Shown here piece by piece: positions 22,633 through 33,084 of a stretch of 64,000 nt of DNA. A model generated the notes under the pieces. The model was given only the letters and a program-made list of their open reading frames with translations. It had not been told where the DNA came from and searched no databases. Source of the stretch: an uncultured delta proteobacterium (GTDB lineage Bacteria > Myxococcota_A > UBA9160 > SZUA-336); contig CAVPHD010000004.1 of the NCBI GenBank assembly GCA_963704165.1, forward strand, positions 192,001 to 256,000, in the 5' to 3' direction. The stretch's first letter is position 1, and every line of letters begins with the position of its first letter. The position numbers were made by a program, and so were the translations under genes.

Positions 22633-23242
22633 ATGCAGCGTCTCCTGATCGCGGTCGTATCCGCGTGCGTCTTGGGTCTCGTATCGGGACCGGCGCACGC
22701 GGACGGAAAGAAGCCCCACCAGTTCGCCGGGGCCGTGAAGTGCCGGTCCTGCCACGAGAAGGACGAGATCGGAAACCAGTACGGGAAGTGGCTGGACTCG
22801 AAGCACGCAAAAGCTTGGAGCACGCTCGCGTCCGACAAGGCGAAGGAGTGGGGCAAGAAGCGGGGGATCGACGATCCCCAGGCTTCCGACAAGTGCGTCA
22901 AGTGCCACGTTGCCGCGCACGGCGAGCCCAAGCCGCGTCTCAGCATGAAGTACTCCCCCAAGGAGGGCGTGACCTGCGAGGCGTGCCACGGCCCGGGAAG
23001 CGACTACCGGAAGAAGAAGATCATGATGAACCAGGACGAGGCGGTGAAGAGGGGCCTCGATCCTGCAGACCGAGAAGGTCTGTCTGACCTGCCACAACGA
23101 CGAGAGCCCGGCTTGGGATCCCGCACGCTACAAGCTGGCCGGCGGCAAGACGGCGGGGTTCGACTACGAGCAGGCGAAGAAGGCGATCGCTCATCCCGTG
23201 CCCGAGGGGTACGACCCCTCGAAGGACAGCGGGGACGAGTAG
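22633..23242 (+). CDS. Periplasmic tetraheme cytochrome c (c554-like); frameshift near 23060
   Basis: Signal peptide; CRSCH, CVKCH, CEACHGPGS, CLTCH. Confidence 0.82.
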
Positions 23243-23267
23243 AGAATGCTGGACGAGGAGGGGCACG

Positions 23268-23889
23268 GTGAAGAGCTCGGGTAAGCGCGTTCTAGCCGCG
23301 ACCTGGACGGTCCTCGGCGGAGCTCTCGTCACCGTCCTCATGCTCTTCACGCTCCAGTGCTCCCACGACAAGGACGGGAGTCGCAGCGACTACCCGAGTC
23401 GCACTACTTCCACCCGAGCCCGCGCCCGTGCTCCTGGCCAGCCCCGAGCCGAGCGACGACTACTTTCCCTGCAGCGACTGCCACGACGAGACCATGAAGA
23501 CCAATCGAGCGCGCCGCGATGCTCGAGGACGATCACGACGATCTCGAGGCTCGCTCACGGAGATCTCTGGTGCCTGCAGTGCCACGTCGGCCGAGGACCG
23601 CGACTTGCTGCACCTCTCCGACGACACGGCCGTCGAGTTCGGGGAATCCTGGAAGCTCTGCACGCAGTGCCACGGAAAGAAACTCGCGGATTGGCAGGCG
23701 GGAGTGCACGGAAAGCGCACCGGTCACTGGTGGGGGCCGAAGGAGTACCGGACCTGCGTCTCCTGCCACGATCCTCACTCGCCGCGCATTCAAGGGAATC
23801 GAGCCGCGACCGCGGCCCCGGCGACCGGAAGAGATCCGCCGCGCGGCCGCCGTCGCCGAGGAAGCGCGTCCGCAGGAGGTCTCCGATGA
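23268..23889 (+). CDS. Membrane-anchored tetraheme cytochrome c (frameshifted)
   Basis: N-terminal TM; CSDCH, CLQCH, CTQCH, CVSCHDPH across frames. Confidence 0.75.
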
Positions 23890-24820
23890 AATCCGATGAT
23901 CGCGACGCGCCGCTCGACGCGAAGGGAGCCTCCCGGCGCAAGTTCCTGCGCACCGCAGTCGCGGGAGCGGCGGCGGTCACGGGGGTTGGCGCGCTCACCG
24001 GCTGCGAGTTCGACCTCGAGAGCGTGCTGCAGAGGCCATTTCCGCGAGATGTCGCGCGCGGATCTCGACCGGGTCCTCGAGCGGCTCCAGAAGAAGTACT
24101 CCACGCGTTACGGCGAAGGACGTGAAGGTCACCGCGACCGGGCCGATCGACGGGGTCGTCTTCGGCTACGGCCTCGACATCTCGCGCTGCGTCGGCTGTC
24201 GCAAGTGCGTGTACGCCTGCGTGGACGAGAACAACCAGTCGCGGGATCCGCAGATCCAATGGATCCGCGTCCTCGAGTTCGAGCGCGACCAGGTGATCCG
24301 CGGGATCAACCTCGAGGACGGCAACCCCTACTACGAGCACGAGCAGGTTCCCGCGGAGGACAAGATGTACCTCCCCGTCGCCTGCCAGCACTGCGACGAC
24401 TCTCCGTGCACGCAGGTCTGCCCGACGGGGGCGACGTGGATGGAGCCCGACGGAATCGTCGTGATCGACTACGACTGGTGCATCGGCTGCCGCTACTGCA
24501 TGGCGGCTTGCCCGTACGGCGCGCGCAAGTTCAACTGGGGCGAGCCGAATCTCCCCGCCGACGAGGTGAATCCGGACATGCACCTCCTCGGCAATCGCCC
24601 CCGGGCGCGGGGCGTCGTCGAGAAGTGCAGCTTCTGCATCCAGCGCGTGCGCGACGGGCGCTACCCCGCATGCCTAGAGGCGTGTCCGGTGGGCGCGCGG
24701 AAGTTCGGAAATCTCCTCGACCCGAACAGCGAGATCCGGCAGCTGCTCGCGACCAAGCGCACGTTCGTGCTCAAAGCCGAGCTCGAGACCCATCCCAAGT
24801 TCTTCTACTTCTGGGGCTGA
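23886..24820 (+). CDS. Tat-exported NrfC/PsrB-type 4x[4Fe-4S] protein (frameshifted at 5' end)
   Basis: SRRKFLR; CVGCRKCVYAC, CQHCDDSPCTQVCP, CIGCRYCMAACP, KCSFC, PACLEACP. Confidence 0.88.
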
Positions 24821-24824
24821 TTCG

Positions 24825-26049
24825 ATGAACTCGGTTCTCCACTTCTGGCGCTTCATCGACGGCAGCGCGCGCGTGGTGGCGCGCGGCAATGCCGCGGCTA
24901 CTACGCGTGGCTCGGTCTCCTCGTGGCGGCTGATCGTGATCGGCGTCCTCGCATTCGGAAACCAGACTCAGAACGGCCTGATCGTCTCGAACATGCGCGA
25001 TCAGGTCTCCTGGGGCTTCTACATCGGGAACTTCGCCTTCCTCGTCGGTGTGGCCGCGGCGGCGGTCATCCTGGTGATTCCCGCCTACGTGTACAGGTGG
25101 GGACCGATCAAGGAGGTGGTGATCCTCGGCGAGATCCTCGCGGTCTCCGCGATCATCATGTGCATGCTCTTCGTCGCGATCGACGTCGGACGCCCCGACC
25201 GGTTCTGGCACCTGTTTCCTGGTGCCGGGACGCCGCACTTCCCCAGCTCGCTGCTGGTCTGGGACATCCTCGTCCTGAACGTCTACTTCGTGATCAACTT
25301 GTTCGTCGTCACCTACCTCGTCTTCAAGAGCTACATGGGCCAGCAGTACAACGTCGTCGTTCATCATGCCGGTGATCTTCCTCTCGATCCCGTTGGCGGT
25401 CGAGCATTCACACCGTGACCGCGTTCCTGTTCATGGGGCTGAAGTCGCGGCCGTTCTGGAACAGCGCGATCCTCGCGCCGCGCTTCCTCGCGAGCGCGTT
25501 CTGCTCCGGCCCGGCGCTGATGGTCCTGATCTTCTCGATGCTTCGGTCGGTTCGCCCGATTCCGATCTCCGGACACGGCGCTGCGAAAGATCGGCGAGCT
25601 GCTTGCCTACGCGATGGCGGCCAACCTGTTCTTCCTCGGCTGCGAGGTCTTCCGCGAGTTCTACTCGGCCAGCGCTCACTCGGTCCACGCCGAGTTCCAG
25701 TGGTTCGGGATCGAGGAGCGCGGAATCGCCGGCTACACGTGGTTCGCGCTCGCCTGCAACTCCATCGCGTTCGTGATCTTCCTGGTCCCCGCGCTGCGCG
25801 ACCGCATCCGGACCTCTGAGCGTGGGCTGTGCGCTCGCGGTGATGGGGGTCTTCATCGAGAAGGGCCTGGGACTTCTGCTCCCCGGGCTCACACCCGACG
25901 CGCTCGGCGAGGTCTACCACTACACCCCGAGCGTGAACGAGGTGCTCGTCGGCCTCGGGATCTGGGCCATCGGGGCGCTCTGCTTCACGCTGATGACGAA
26001 GGTCTCCATCGCCATCACGCTCGGCGAGTTCCGCCACCAGAAGACCTGA
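24825..26049 (+). CDS. NrfD/PsrC-family membrane quinol-interacting subunit (frameshifted)
   Basis: VSWGFYIGNF, DVGRPDRFWH, FPSSLLVWD, RPFWNSAILAPRF, YTPSVNE. Confidence 0.85.
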
Positions 26050-26104
26050 AGCTCGTCGGGTCGCGCAAGGTCGTCTCCGACCGCGACCTGCCTTCTCGAA
26101 GCAG

Positions 26105-26536
26105 CTACTTCGGTCCCGGGAGCGTGCGCACGAAGGCGACCATTCCCCAGATCTTCTCGTCGCTCCACGACTTGTCGGAGCCGGGGCCGAAGGCGGGCAT
26201 CTGCGAGCGCGGTGCGCCGCCCTTGAGGATCTGCCAGAAGAGCTGTCCGTCGGTTCGAGTTCCCATGTACGCGGAATCGGTGAGATCGACCGGTGGAACG
26301 GCTTGCCCCGTGGCCTCGTCGCCTCCGCCGTCGCCATTCGCACCGTGACAGCGCGCGCAGTTTGCCTTGAACTGTTTTGCGAAATAGGCCTGCTTCTTCG
26401 CGTCGAGCACGACCGGGTTCGTCGTCGTCGCGATCTCGGGCGGTGTATCGTCGCGCGCCGTCGATGACGATGCGCAGGCGAGAACCGCCACGAAGATCGG
26501 GATCGACAGAAGGCCGGTGATACGAGTCGGGTGCAT
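26105..26536 (-). CDS. Monoheme cytochrome c lipoprotein
   Basis: VLAC lipobox, CARCHG, MPAF. Confidence 0.82.
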   Translation of the reverse strand: MHPTRITGLLSIPIFVAVLACASSSTARDDTPPEIATTTNPVVLDAKKQAYFAKQFKANCARCHGANGDGGGDEATGQAVPPVDLTDSAYMGTRTDGQLFWQILKGGAPRSQMPAFGPGSDKSWSDEKIWGMVAFVRTLPGPK

Positions 26537-26559
26537 GGGGGCTCCTTCGACGGCGCCTC

Positions 26560-28020
26560 TCAGGGTTCGAGGCGCGTCTTGTTCCAGGCGTTGTACTTCC
26601 CGACCGGCATCGCGAAGGGCAGGCGCGCGACCTCCGCGAGGCTCCGCGAGTCGTAGGCGACGACGGCTCCTTCCGAGTGCCAGACGCTCACGAGTGCACG
26701 GTCTCCCTCCTTGGTGAACTCCGTGTGCATGGCGATCTTGCCGGGCGCCGGCACCAGAGCCTTCGCTCGAAGCTCGAGCGTGTCCTTGCGGACGAGCTGG
26801 ATCGCCTCGGTATTCGTGTCCACCCAGAGAAAAGGCGTCCCCGGGTGCGTGCGCACGAAGTATCCCTCTCCGCGCAGTGCGATCTCCTTCACGACCTCGA
26901 AGCGATCGAGCCGCACGATCGAGAGCCGCGGCGCGCCCGCGTGATTGAACGCGGCGTACGGCACCCCGTCGCGCTCGAAGAAGCACGAGGAGAAGAGGTG
27001 CGGCAATCCCTCCGTCGTCAGGGAACCGGCCTCGGCGCCCCGTTCGAGATCCCACAGGATCAACCGGGTTCCCCCGCGCGAGCTCGCGACGAGCTTCCGC
27101 GTACCGGGAACGAACGCGAAGTCCTCGAAAGGCTCCGGTAGATCGATCTGGCGAATCGAGAGATCGTCGGTGGACAGGAACAGCATTCGCGGTGAGTCGC
27201 GCAGCGTCAGCACGAAGCGGTCCTCGCCCGGCAGCGCGTAGACCGCGCTCGGTTTGCCGTCGAGGGCAAGCGAGGCGAGCGGGCGAAGATCGCCGTCGAG
27301 CACGACGAGAGATGCCGGGAGTTGATTCGCCACGACGACGCGGTCTCCGGCCGCGGAGATCGCGAGATTTCGCGTGTTGGCCGCGACCTTGATCCGTGCG
27401 ACCGGACGCCCGCGCGCGAGGTCGTAGAGAACGACCGTCCCGTCGCGGGTGGCGGCGACGACCTTCGTGAAGGCCGAGTCGAACTTGGGCCCGCCGTGGA
27501 TCTTTCCGGCGTCGAAGCGGTCGAGCTCGCGAAGCGAGTCACCGTCGAGAACGGCGATCCGCCCCGCGTCGCGCTCGACGACGAGGATGATGTTCTCGCG
27601 GTGGACCTCGGATGAAATCCTGTCCGCGTTGGCGGAAAACTCGGTCCGGCTTCGCGCGGCATCCTCGGTTCCCCAGGTGACCGACTCGACCGGTGTTCGC
27701 ATGAACGCGACCAGGCGCGCGGTCGTCGATTCGTCGACGACCGCGCGGAACGGCGGCATCTGGGTCGCGGGAAGTCCGTCGCGGATCACGGCGGCGAGCG
27801 TCGCGTCGTCCCTGCGTGCGAGTAGGTCCGGAAGCAGAGGCGGCGCGTAGCCGCCGTAACGGCGCTCTCCGTGACACGACGCGCAATGCTCCTGGTAGAC
27901 CGTGGCGGCCTCGGGCGTGTCCGCGGCGTGCGCGGGCGCGACGGGGATGAGCGTGAGGGACGACGAGATCCATCCGAGTAGGAGCAGCGCATTCACGTGG
28001 GGCATTGTAGCGAGGTGCAT
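26560..28020 (-). CDS. nirN: NirN, dihydro-heme d1 dehydrogenase
   Basis: CASCHG plus d1-type propeller: HGGPKF, RDG, PHL, FVRTHP, HTEFT, MPVGKYN. Confidence 0.85.
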   Translation of the reverse strand: MHLATMPHVNALLLLGWISSSLTLIPVAPAHAADTPEAATVYQEHCASCHGERRYGGYAPPLLPDLLARRDDATLAAVIRDGLPATQMPPFRAVVDESTTARLVAFMRTPVESVTWGTEDAARSRTEFSANADRISSEVHRENIILVVERDAGRIAVLDGDSLRELDRFDAGKIHGGPKFDSAFTKVVAATRDGTVVLYDLARGRPVARIKVAANTRNLAISAAGDRVVVANQLPASLVVLDGDLRPLASLALDGKPSAVYALPGEDRFVLTLRDSPRMLFLSTDDLSIRQIDLPEPFEDFAFVPGTRKLVASSRGGTRLILWDLERGAEAGSLTTEGLPHLFSSCFFERDGVPYAAFNHAGAPRLSIVRLDRFEVVKEIALRGEGYFVRTHPGTPFLWVDTNTEAIQLVRKDTLELRAKALVPAPGKIAMHTEFTKEGDRALVSVWHSEGAVVAYDSRSLAEVARLPFAMPVGKYNAWNKTRLEP

Positions 28021-28165
28021 CCGGTCAGCGATCCGCTCTCGCGCCGCCGTCGTACCCACGGGCTCGCTCGGGCGAGGCGGTCGTCGCTCCTGCGCGGAGG
28101 CGAGCAGGGATCGGAAATCCGTGCCTCCGAAATGACACACTCTCGTTCCGGTTGGAGGCGACGAG

Positions 28166-29650
28166 ATGTCCGAGCCGAGCAAGACCCGTCCGACGCGACC
28201 CCGACGGCTCGCGGCCGTCGACCGCTGGGACATCGAGACCGACGTCGCGGTGATCGGCTTCGGTGGTGCCGGAGCGTGCGCCGCCATCGAGGCGCACGAT
28301 GCGGGAGCGGCGACGATCCTCTTCGAGCTCGCCAGTGCCGCGGGTGGATCGACGGCGCTGTCGAGCGCGGAGATCTACATGGGCGGGAACGGCGGCACGC
28401 GAGTCCAGCGCGCCTGCGGATACCAGGACTCCACGGAGGACATGTACCGCTACCTGATGCTCGCCGGCGGCGAGCAGGTCGACGAGGCCAAGGTGCGGAC
28501 GTACTGCGACGGCAGCGTCGATCACTTCGACTGGCTGGTCGCCTGTGGGGTTCCCTACAAGGACAGCGAGTACAGAGAGCGCGCGATCATGGCGCTGAAC
28601 GACGACTGCCTGCTCTACACGGGAAACGAAAAGGCGTGGCCCTTCAGCGCAGTCGCCGCGCCCTGTCCTCGCGGGCACAACCTCCAGGTCGAGGGTGACA
28701 ACGGCGGCCCTCTGCTGATGAAGATCCTCGGCGAGAACGTCGTCGAGCGCGGCATTCGGGTCGAGTACGACGCACGCGCCCTGACCCTGATCGCCGACGA
28801 AGACAATCAGGTGCACGGCGTCGTCGTCCGCATCGACCAGCGGGAGCTCAACGTCCGGGCTCGTCGGGGCGTGGTGCTCTGCGCCGGCGGCTTCGTGATG
28901 AACCCGTCGATGCTGAAGAAGTACGCTCCAATGCTGCTGCGAGGAAGCATGCCGATCGGAAATCCGGGCGATACCGGCTCCGGCATCCTGATGGGCATGG
29001 GCGTCGGGGCCGCGACGATCAACATGCACGAGGGCTTCATCAGCATCCCCTTCTACCCACCCGCCGCGACCACGTTCGGCATCTTGATCAACGCGCGGGG
29101 GCAACGTTTCATCAACGAGGATTGCTACCACGGACGGGTCGGCTGGCATCTGCTCCACCAGATCGGGGATCGTTTCTACTTCGTTCTCAGCGCCGAAGGT
29201 TTCAAGCGACCTTCGTTCCTGAACGCCGACATCGCGGGAACCGGTGAGACGATCGCCGAGCTGGCCGAAGAGCTCGGTCTCGATGCGGAGGAGCTCGGTC
29301 ACACCGTCGAGTTCTACAACCGTCATGCGGAGCAGGGCGTCGATCCGCTGTTTCACAAACACCGGGACTGGTTGAAGCCGATCGAGCCCCCGTACGTCGC
29401 GCTCGATTGCACACCCGGACGCGGCGTGATCATCCCGTACTTCACGCTGGGCGGGCTCGACACCCTGCCGACCGGAGAGGCCCTGACGGGCGAACGCGAG
29501 CCGATCCCGGGCCTCTACGCAGCGGGGCGCACGACCGCGGGACTTCCCCGGACCGGCTCCGGCTACAGCAGCGGAATGTCCGTAGGCGACGTCACGTTCT
29601 TCGGAAGAATGGCGGGCCGGGCGGCGGGACAGGCCCCACGTCGCGGCTGA
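28166..29650 (+). CDS. FAD-binding oxidoreductase (3-ketosteroid dehydrogenase/fumarate reductase-like)
   Basis: GFGGAG, GGSTALS, LCAGGF, DTGSG, GQRFINED, TLGGL, GLYAAG. Confidence 0.85.
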   Translation: MSEPSKTRPTRPRRLAAVDRWDIETDVAVIGFGGAGACAAIEAHDAGAATILFELASAAGGSTALSSAEIYMGGNGGTRVQRACGYQDSTEDMYRYLMLAGGEQVDEAKVRTYCDGSVDHFDWLVACGVPYKDSEYRERAIMALNDDCLLYTGNEKAWPFSAVAAPCPRGHNLQVEGDNGGPLLMKILGENVVERGIRVEYDARALTLIADEDNQVHGVVVRIDQRELNVRARRGVVLCAGGFVMNPSMLKKYAPMLLRGSMPIGNPGDTGSGILMGMGVGAATINMHEGFISIPFYPPAATTFGILINARGQRFINEDCYHGRVGWHLLHQIGDRFYFVLSAEGFKRPSFLNADIAGTGETIAELAEELGLDAEELGHTVEFYNRHAEQGVDPLFHKHRDWLKPIEPPYVALDCTPGRGVIIPYFTLGGLDTLPTGEALTGEREPIPGLYAAGRTTAGLPRTGSGYSSGMSVGDVTFFGRMAGRAAGQAPRRG

Positions 29651-29654
29651 GGCC

Positions 29655-30866
29655 GTGGGCTATGCTGCCACCATGCTCCCCGTCAGCGATTTGCTCGAGG
29701 TCGCGCGCCGGTCCGTTTCCGGAACCGACGTCGGTGCGCGCGCGCCCGCGCGGTTCGCGCCCCCCGGCGATGTGCCGTTCGTCGTGGTCTGGAACATCGG
29801 CATCCACTGCAACATGAGCTGTCCGCACTGCTATGCGGCTGCGACCTCGCGGCCCTCCCCGCACGACCTCGATACGAACGAAGGTCTCCGACTGCTCGAG
29901 CAGATGGCCGAGGCAGGCGTTCGCGTGCTGATCGCGAGCGGTGGCGAGCCGCTGCTGCGGCCGGACGTCTTCACGCTCCTCGCTCACGCTCGCGATGTCG
30001 GCCTCTCGCCGCAGTTGTCCACCAACGGTGTGCTGATCGACGAGGAGATCGCGGGCCGTCTCGCCGCCTGCGGCGTCGGGTACGTGGGCGTCAGCCTCGA
30101 CGGACTGCGCGACTGGAACGACGAGTACCGCGGGCTCGCCGGGGGTTTCGATCGCGCGGTCGCCGGCCTCGGGTTCGCGCGGGCCGCGGGCATGCGGACG
30201 GGCGTGCGCATGACCCTCACGCGGCGCAACGTCGATCAGCTCGACGGAGTCGCCTCGATCGCGGTCGAGTGCGGTGCCGACCGCTTCTACGTCTCGCACC
30301 TGGTCGATTCGGGTCGAGGCGCGAAGCTCGTGGGCGACGATCTCGATCGGGGCGAGGGTCGCGAGATGCTCGGGATCCTCTTCGAAACCGCCGAGCGTTG
30401 GCTCGATCGTGGCTGCGCGACGCGCGTCGTGACCGGATCGAACGATTCCGATGGTCCCTTCCTGCTGCGCTGGATCGAAGCGCGTTACGGCGCGGAGGCC
30501 GCCGGTCCGGTCGAGAAGCTCCTGCTCGAGCGCGGCGGCAACTCCGCCGGAGAGCGCATCTTGTCCGTCGATCATCGCGGGCGCGTCCATCCCGATCAGT
30601 TCTGGCGCTCGGCGGTGCTCGGCGAAGTGCGAACGACTCCGTTCGCGGAGATCCTCAAGCATCCGCTGCGCGAGCAGCTTCGCAATCGACTCGCGCACCT
30701 CGAGGGCCGTTGCGGTGCGTGCGGCTATCGCGCGCTCTGCCGCGGCTCGCACCGCGAGCGCGCGATCGCGCGTCACGGCGAGCTCTGGTCGCCGGATCCA
30801 GCGTGCGTCCTCGAGGATCACGAGATCGGCGTAGAGGAAGTTTCGGTCGGAGAGGTGCGCGCATGA
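29655..30866 (+). CDS. nirJ: Heme d1 biosynthesis radical SAM protein
   Basis: VWN..CNMSCPHCY, SGGEPL, FYVSHL, GGNSAG, VHPDQFW, DPAC. Confidence 0.88.
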   Translation: MGYAATMLPVSDLLEVARRSVSGTDVGARAPARFAPPGDVPFVVVWNIGIHCNMSCPHCYAAATSRPSPHDLDTNEGLRLLEQMAEAGVRVLIASGGEPLLRPDVFTLLAHARDVGLSPQLSTNGVLIDEEIAGRLAACGVGYVGVSLDGLRDWNDEYRGLAGGFDRAVAGLGFARAAGMRTGVRMTLTRRNVDQLDGVASIAVECGADRFYVSHLVDSGRGAKLVGDDLDRGEGREMLGILFETAERWLDRGCATRVVTGSNDSDGPFLLRWIEARYGAEAAGPVEKLLLERGGNSAGERILSVDHRGRVHPDQFWRSAVLGEVRTTPFAEILKHPLREQLRNRLAHLEGRCGACGYRALCRGSHRERAIARHGELWSPDPACVLEDHEIGVEEVSVGEVRA

Positions 30867-32041
30867 GGCGGGCCGCGCTCGCGGCGCTCGTCGCCGTGCT
30901 CTCGATCGCTTCCGTCGTCCACGGCTCGGGCGTCGGCTCGCGCGTCTTCGTCGTCGAGCGTTCCTCCGGAACTCTCGCCGTCTACGACCTCGATCAGCGC
31001 GCTCTTCTTCCCGGTCGGATCGAGGGGCTCGGCGACCTCAGTCACGCGACCATGACGTTCACGCCCGATCTGCGCTCGGGATTCCTCGCGACCCGCGGCG
31101 GCAAGGTGACGCGGATCGACCTCGAGACCGCGAAGGCCGCGGGTGAAGTGTTGACGTCGCAGAACTCGATCGACAACGCGATCAGTCAGGACGGACGCTA
31201 TCTCGCCGTCGCCGAGTACAAGCCCGGCGGCGTCACGATCCTCGACGCACGCGACCTCAGCGTGGTTGCAAAGCATGCGGCGAAGTTCGAGCGAGACGGC
31301 CGCACGCTCGAGAGCCGCGTGACCGGGATCGTCGACGCTCCCGGCAACCGCTTCGTATGCGTGCTCATCGAAGCGGGCGAGATCTGGGTGATCGACGCAT
31401 CGAAGCCGGGATTCCCGATCGAACGTCGCATCCCGACACCGCACGCCATGCCGTACGACGCGATGATCACGCCCGATGGCCGGAACTACCTCGTCGGCCA
31501 TCTCGAATCGGCGAAGGTCTCCGTGCTCGACCTCACCCGGCCCGAGGCCGGAGTTCGCGTGATCGACTTCGCCGACCCGAGCTTCGAGCGCGGCGCGCCG
31601 GTCAAGCTGCCGCACATGGCGTCGTGGGCGGTCGCGGGCGATCGGGTCTTCGTTCCGCTCGTCGGCGAGAAGAGGCTCGCGGTACTCGACCGCGCGACGC
31701 TCGCCTTCCAGAGTTCGCTCGCCGTGCGCGGGCATCCGGTGTACGCGGTCCGTTCGCCGACGGAGCGTGAGGTCTGGGTGAGCTTCTCTGGCGAGGAAGA
31801 CGACGCGTTCGTTCAGGTCATCGACGTCGAATCACTCGCGATCAAGGACACGATTCGCCTTGGAGGTCGTATCTACCACATGGACTTCACGCCGCGCGGA
31901 TCGCACGTGCTCGTCACGGCCAATCGCGACAACAAGCTGATCCTCGTGAACGCCGCGACGCGTGAGATCGAAGACGTCGAAGAGCTCGCCTCTCCGTCGG
32001 GGATCTTCGGCGTCTGGCGCGCCTTTCGGATCGGACTCTAG
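30863..32041 (+). CDS. nirF: Heme d1 biosynthesis protein NirF
   Basis: GLGDLSHA, NSI..AISQDG, PYDA, KLPHM..W, SPSGIF; ATGA overlap with nirJ. Confidence 0.88.
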   Translation: MRRAALAALVAVLSIASVVHGSGVGSRVFVVERSSGTLAVYDLDQRALLPGRIEGLGDLSHATMTFTPDLRSGFLATRGGKVTRIDLETAKAAGEVLTSQNSIDNAISQDGRYLAVAEYKPGGVTILDARDLSVVAKHAAKFERDGRTLESRVTGIVDAPGNRFVCVLIEAGEIWVIDASKPGFPIERRIPTPHAMPYDAMITPDGRNYLVGHLESAKVSVLDLTRPEAGVRVIDFADPSFERGAPVKLPHMASWAVAGDRVFVPLVGEKRLAVLDRATLAFQSSLAVRGHPVYAVRSPTEREVWVSFSGEEDDAFVQVIDVESLAIKDTIRLGGRIYHMDFTPRGSHVLVTANRDNKLILVNAATREIEDVEELASPSGIFGVWRAFRIGL

Positions 32042-32043
32042 CG

Positions 32044-33051
32044 ATGGGACTGTCCGATTCGGATCGAAATCGGCTGGTGCGGCACGTGCAGGACGCGATT
32101 CCGTTCGTCGAGAAGCCGTTCGGAGTGATCGCGTCCGATCTCGGGCTCGACGAAGCCGAAGTGCTCGCGGAGCTCTGCGCGCTGCGGGAGTCGGGCCTGC
32201 TCCGCGAGATCTCTGCCGTGCTCGAGGGGAGCGCGCTCGGGTACGACAGCGCGCTGGTCGCGGGCACCGTCGCCCCGGCCGATCTTGCGCGCGTCGTCGA
32301 GGTGGTCAACGCGCACCCGACGGTGACGCACAACTACCTGCGGGAGCACGCGTACAACCTCTGGTTCACGATCGCGGTCCCGGTCGAGATGGGCCTCGAC
32401 GCGACCTTGCGCGCGCTCGCTCGCGCAGCCGGAGTCGAGACCTTCCACGCCCTGCGGCGGACCGTGACCTTCAAGATCGGCGTCAACTTCGATCTCGAGA
32501 CCGGCACCAACAAGACCGAGGCCCAGGAGATCGTCCCGGTCGCACCGATGCACGCGAGCGAGCAGGACCGCCGGATCTTCCGCGCGCTGCAGACGCCGCT
32601 GCCGCTCGTCGCGCGCCCGTTCGACGAGGTCGCGCGCTCGTGCGGATGCTCGACCGACGAATTGCTGCGTTTCGCTCGCTCCCACCTCGGTGGCGCGATT
32701 CGCCGCTACGTGGGCACGCTTCGGCACCGCAAGGCGGGCGTGCGCGCGAACGGAATGGCGGTCTGGCAAGTCGAAGGCGGCGACGTGGAGCGGGTCGGCC
32801 GCAGGCTCGCTGCCGCTCCCGAGGTCAGCCACTGCTACGCGCGAAATTCGATCGCCGGATTCCCGTACACCGTCTACAGCATGCTGCACGCGCCCACGCG
32901 CGAGGCGTGCCTGTCGATCGCGGCCGGGCTTTCCGAGCAGATCGCCGTCTCCGACTACGTGGTCCTGTTCAGCGTCGAGGAGTACAAGAAGGTCAGGCTT
33001 CGCTACTTCCTGCCCGAGCTCGACCAGTGGTGGGAGGCGCATCGCCGCTAG
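32044..33051 (+). CDS. nirDL: Fused siroheme decarboxylase (NirDL/AhbAB type)
   Basis: Two Lrp-like halves: VTHNYLREHAYNLWFT and HRKAGVRANGM...VSHCYAR...YSMLH. Confidence 0.85.
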   Translation: MGLSDSDRNRLVRHVQDAIPFVEKPFGVIASDLGLDEAEVLAELCALRESGLLREISAVLEGSALGYDSALVAGTVAPADLARVVEVVNAHPTVTHNYLREHAYNLWFTIAVPVEMGLDATLRALARAAGVETFHALRRTVTFKIGVNFDLETGTNKTEAQEIVPVAPMHASEQDRRIFRALQTPLPLVARPFDEVARSCGCSTDELLRFARSHLGGAIRRYVGTLRHRKAGVRANGMAVWQVEGGDVERVGRRLAAAPEVSHCYARNSIAGFPYTVYSMLHAPTREACLSIAAGLSEQIAVSDYVVLFSVEEYKKVRLRYFLPELDQWWEAHRR

Positions 33052-33084
33052 CGCATCCGACCGAATCGATCCCGCGCACGACGG

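Noticed and set aside
20617..23097. Long antisense ORFs (826 aa here; also 10048-12447 and 14510-16579)
   Set aside because: Shadow ORFs opposite real genes in high-GC DNA, with no motifs.
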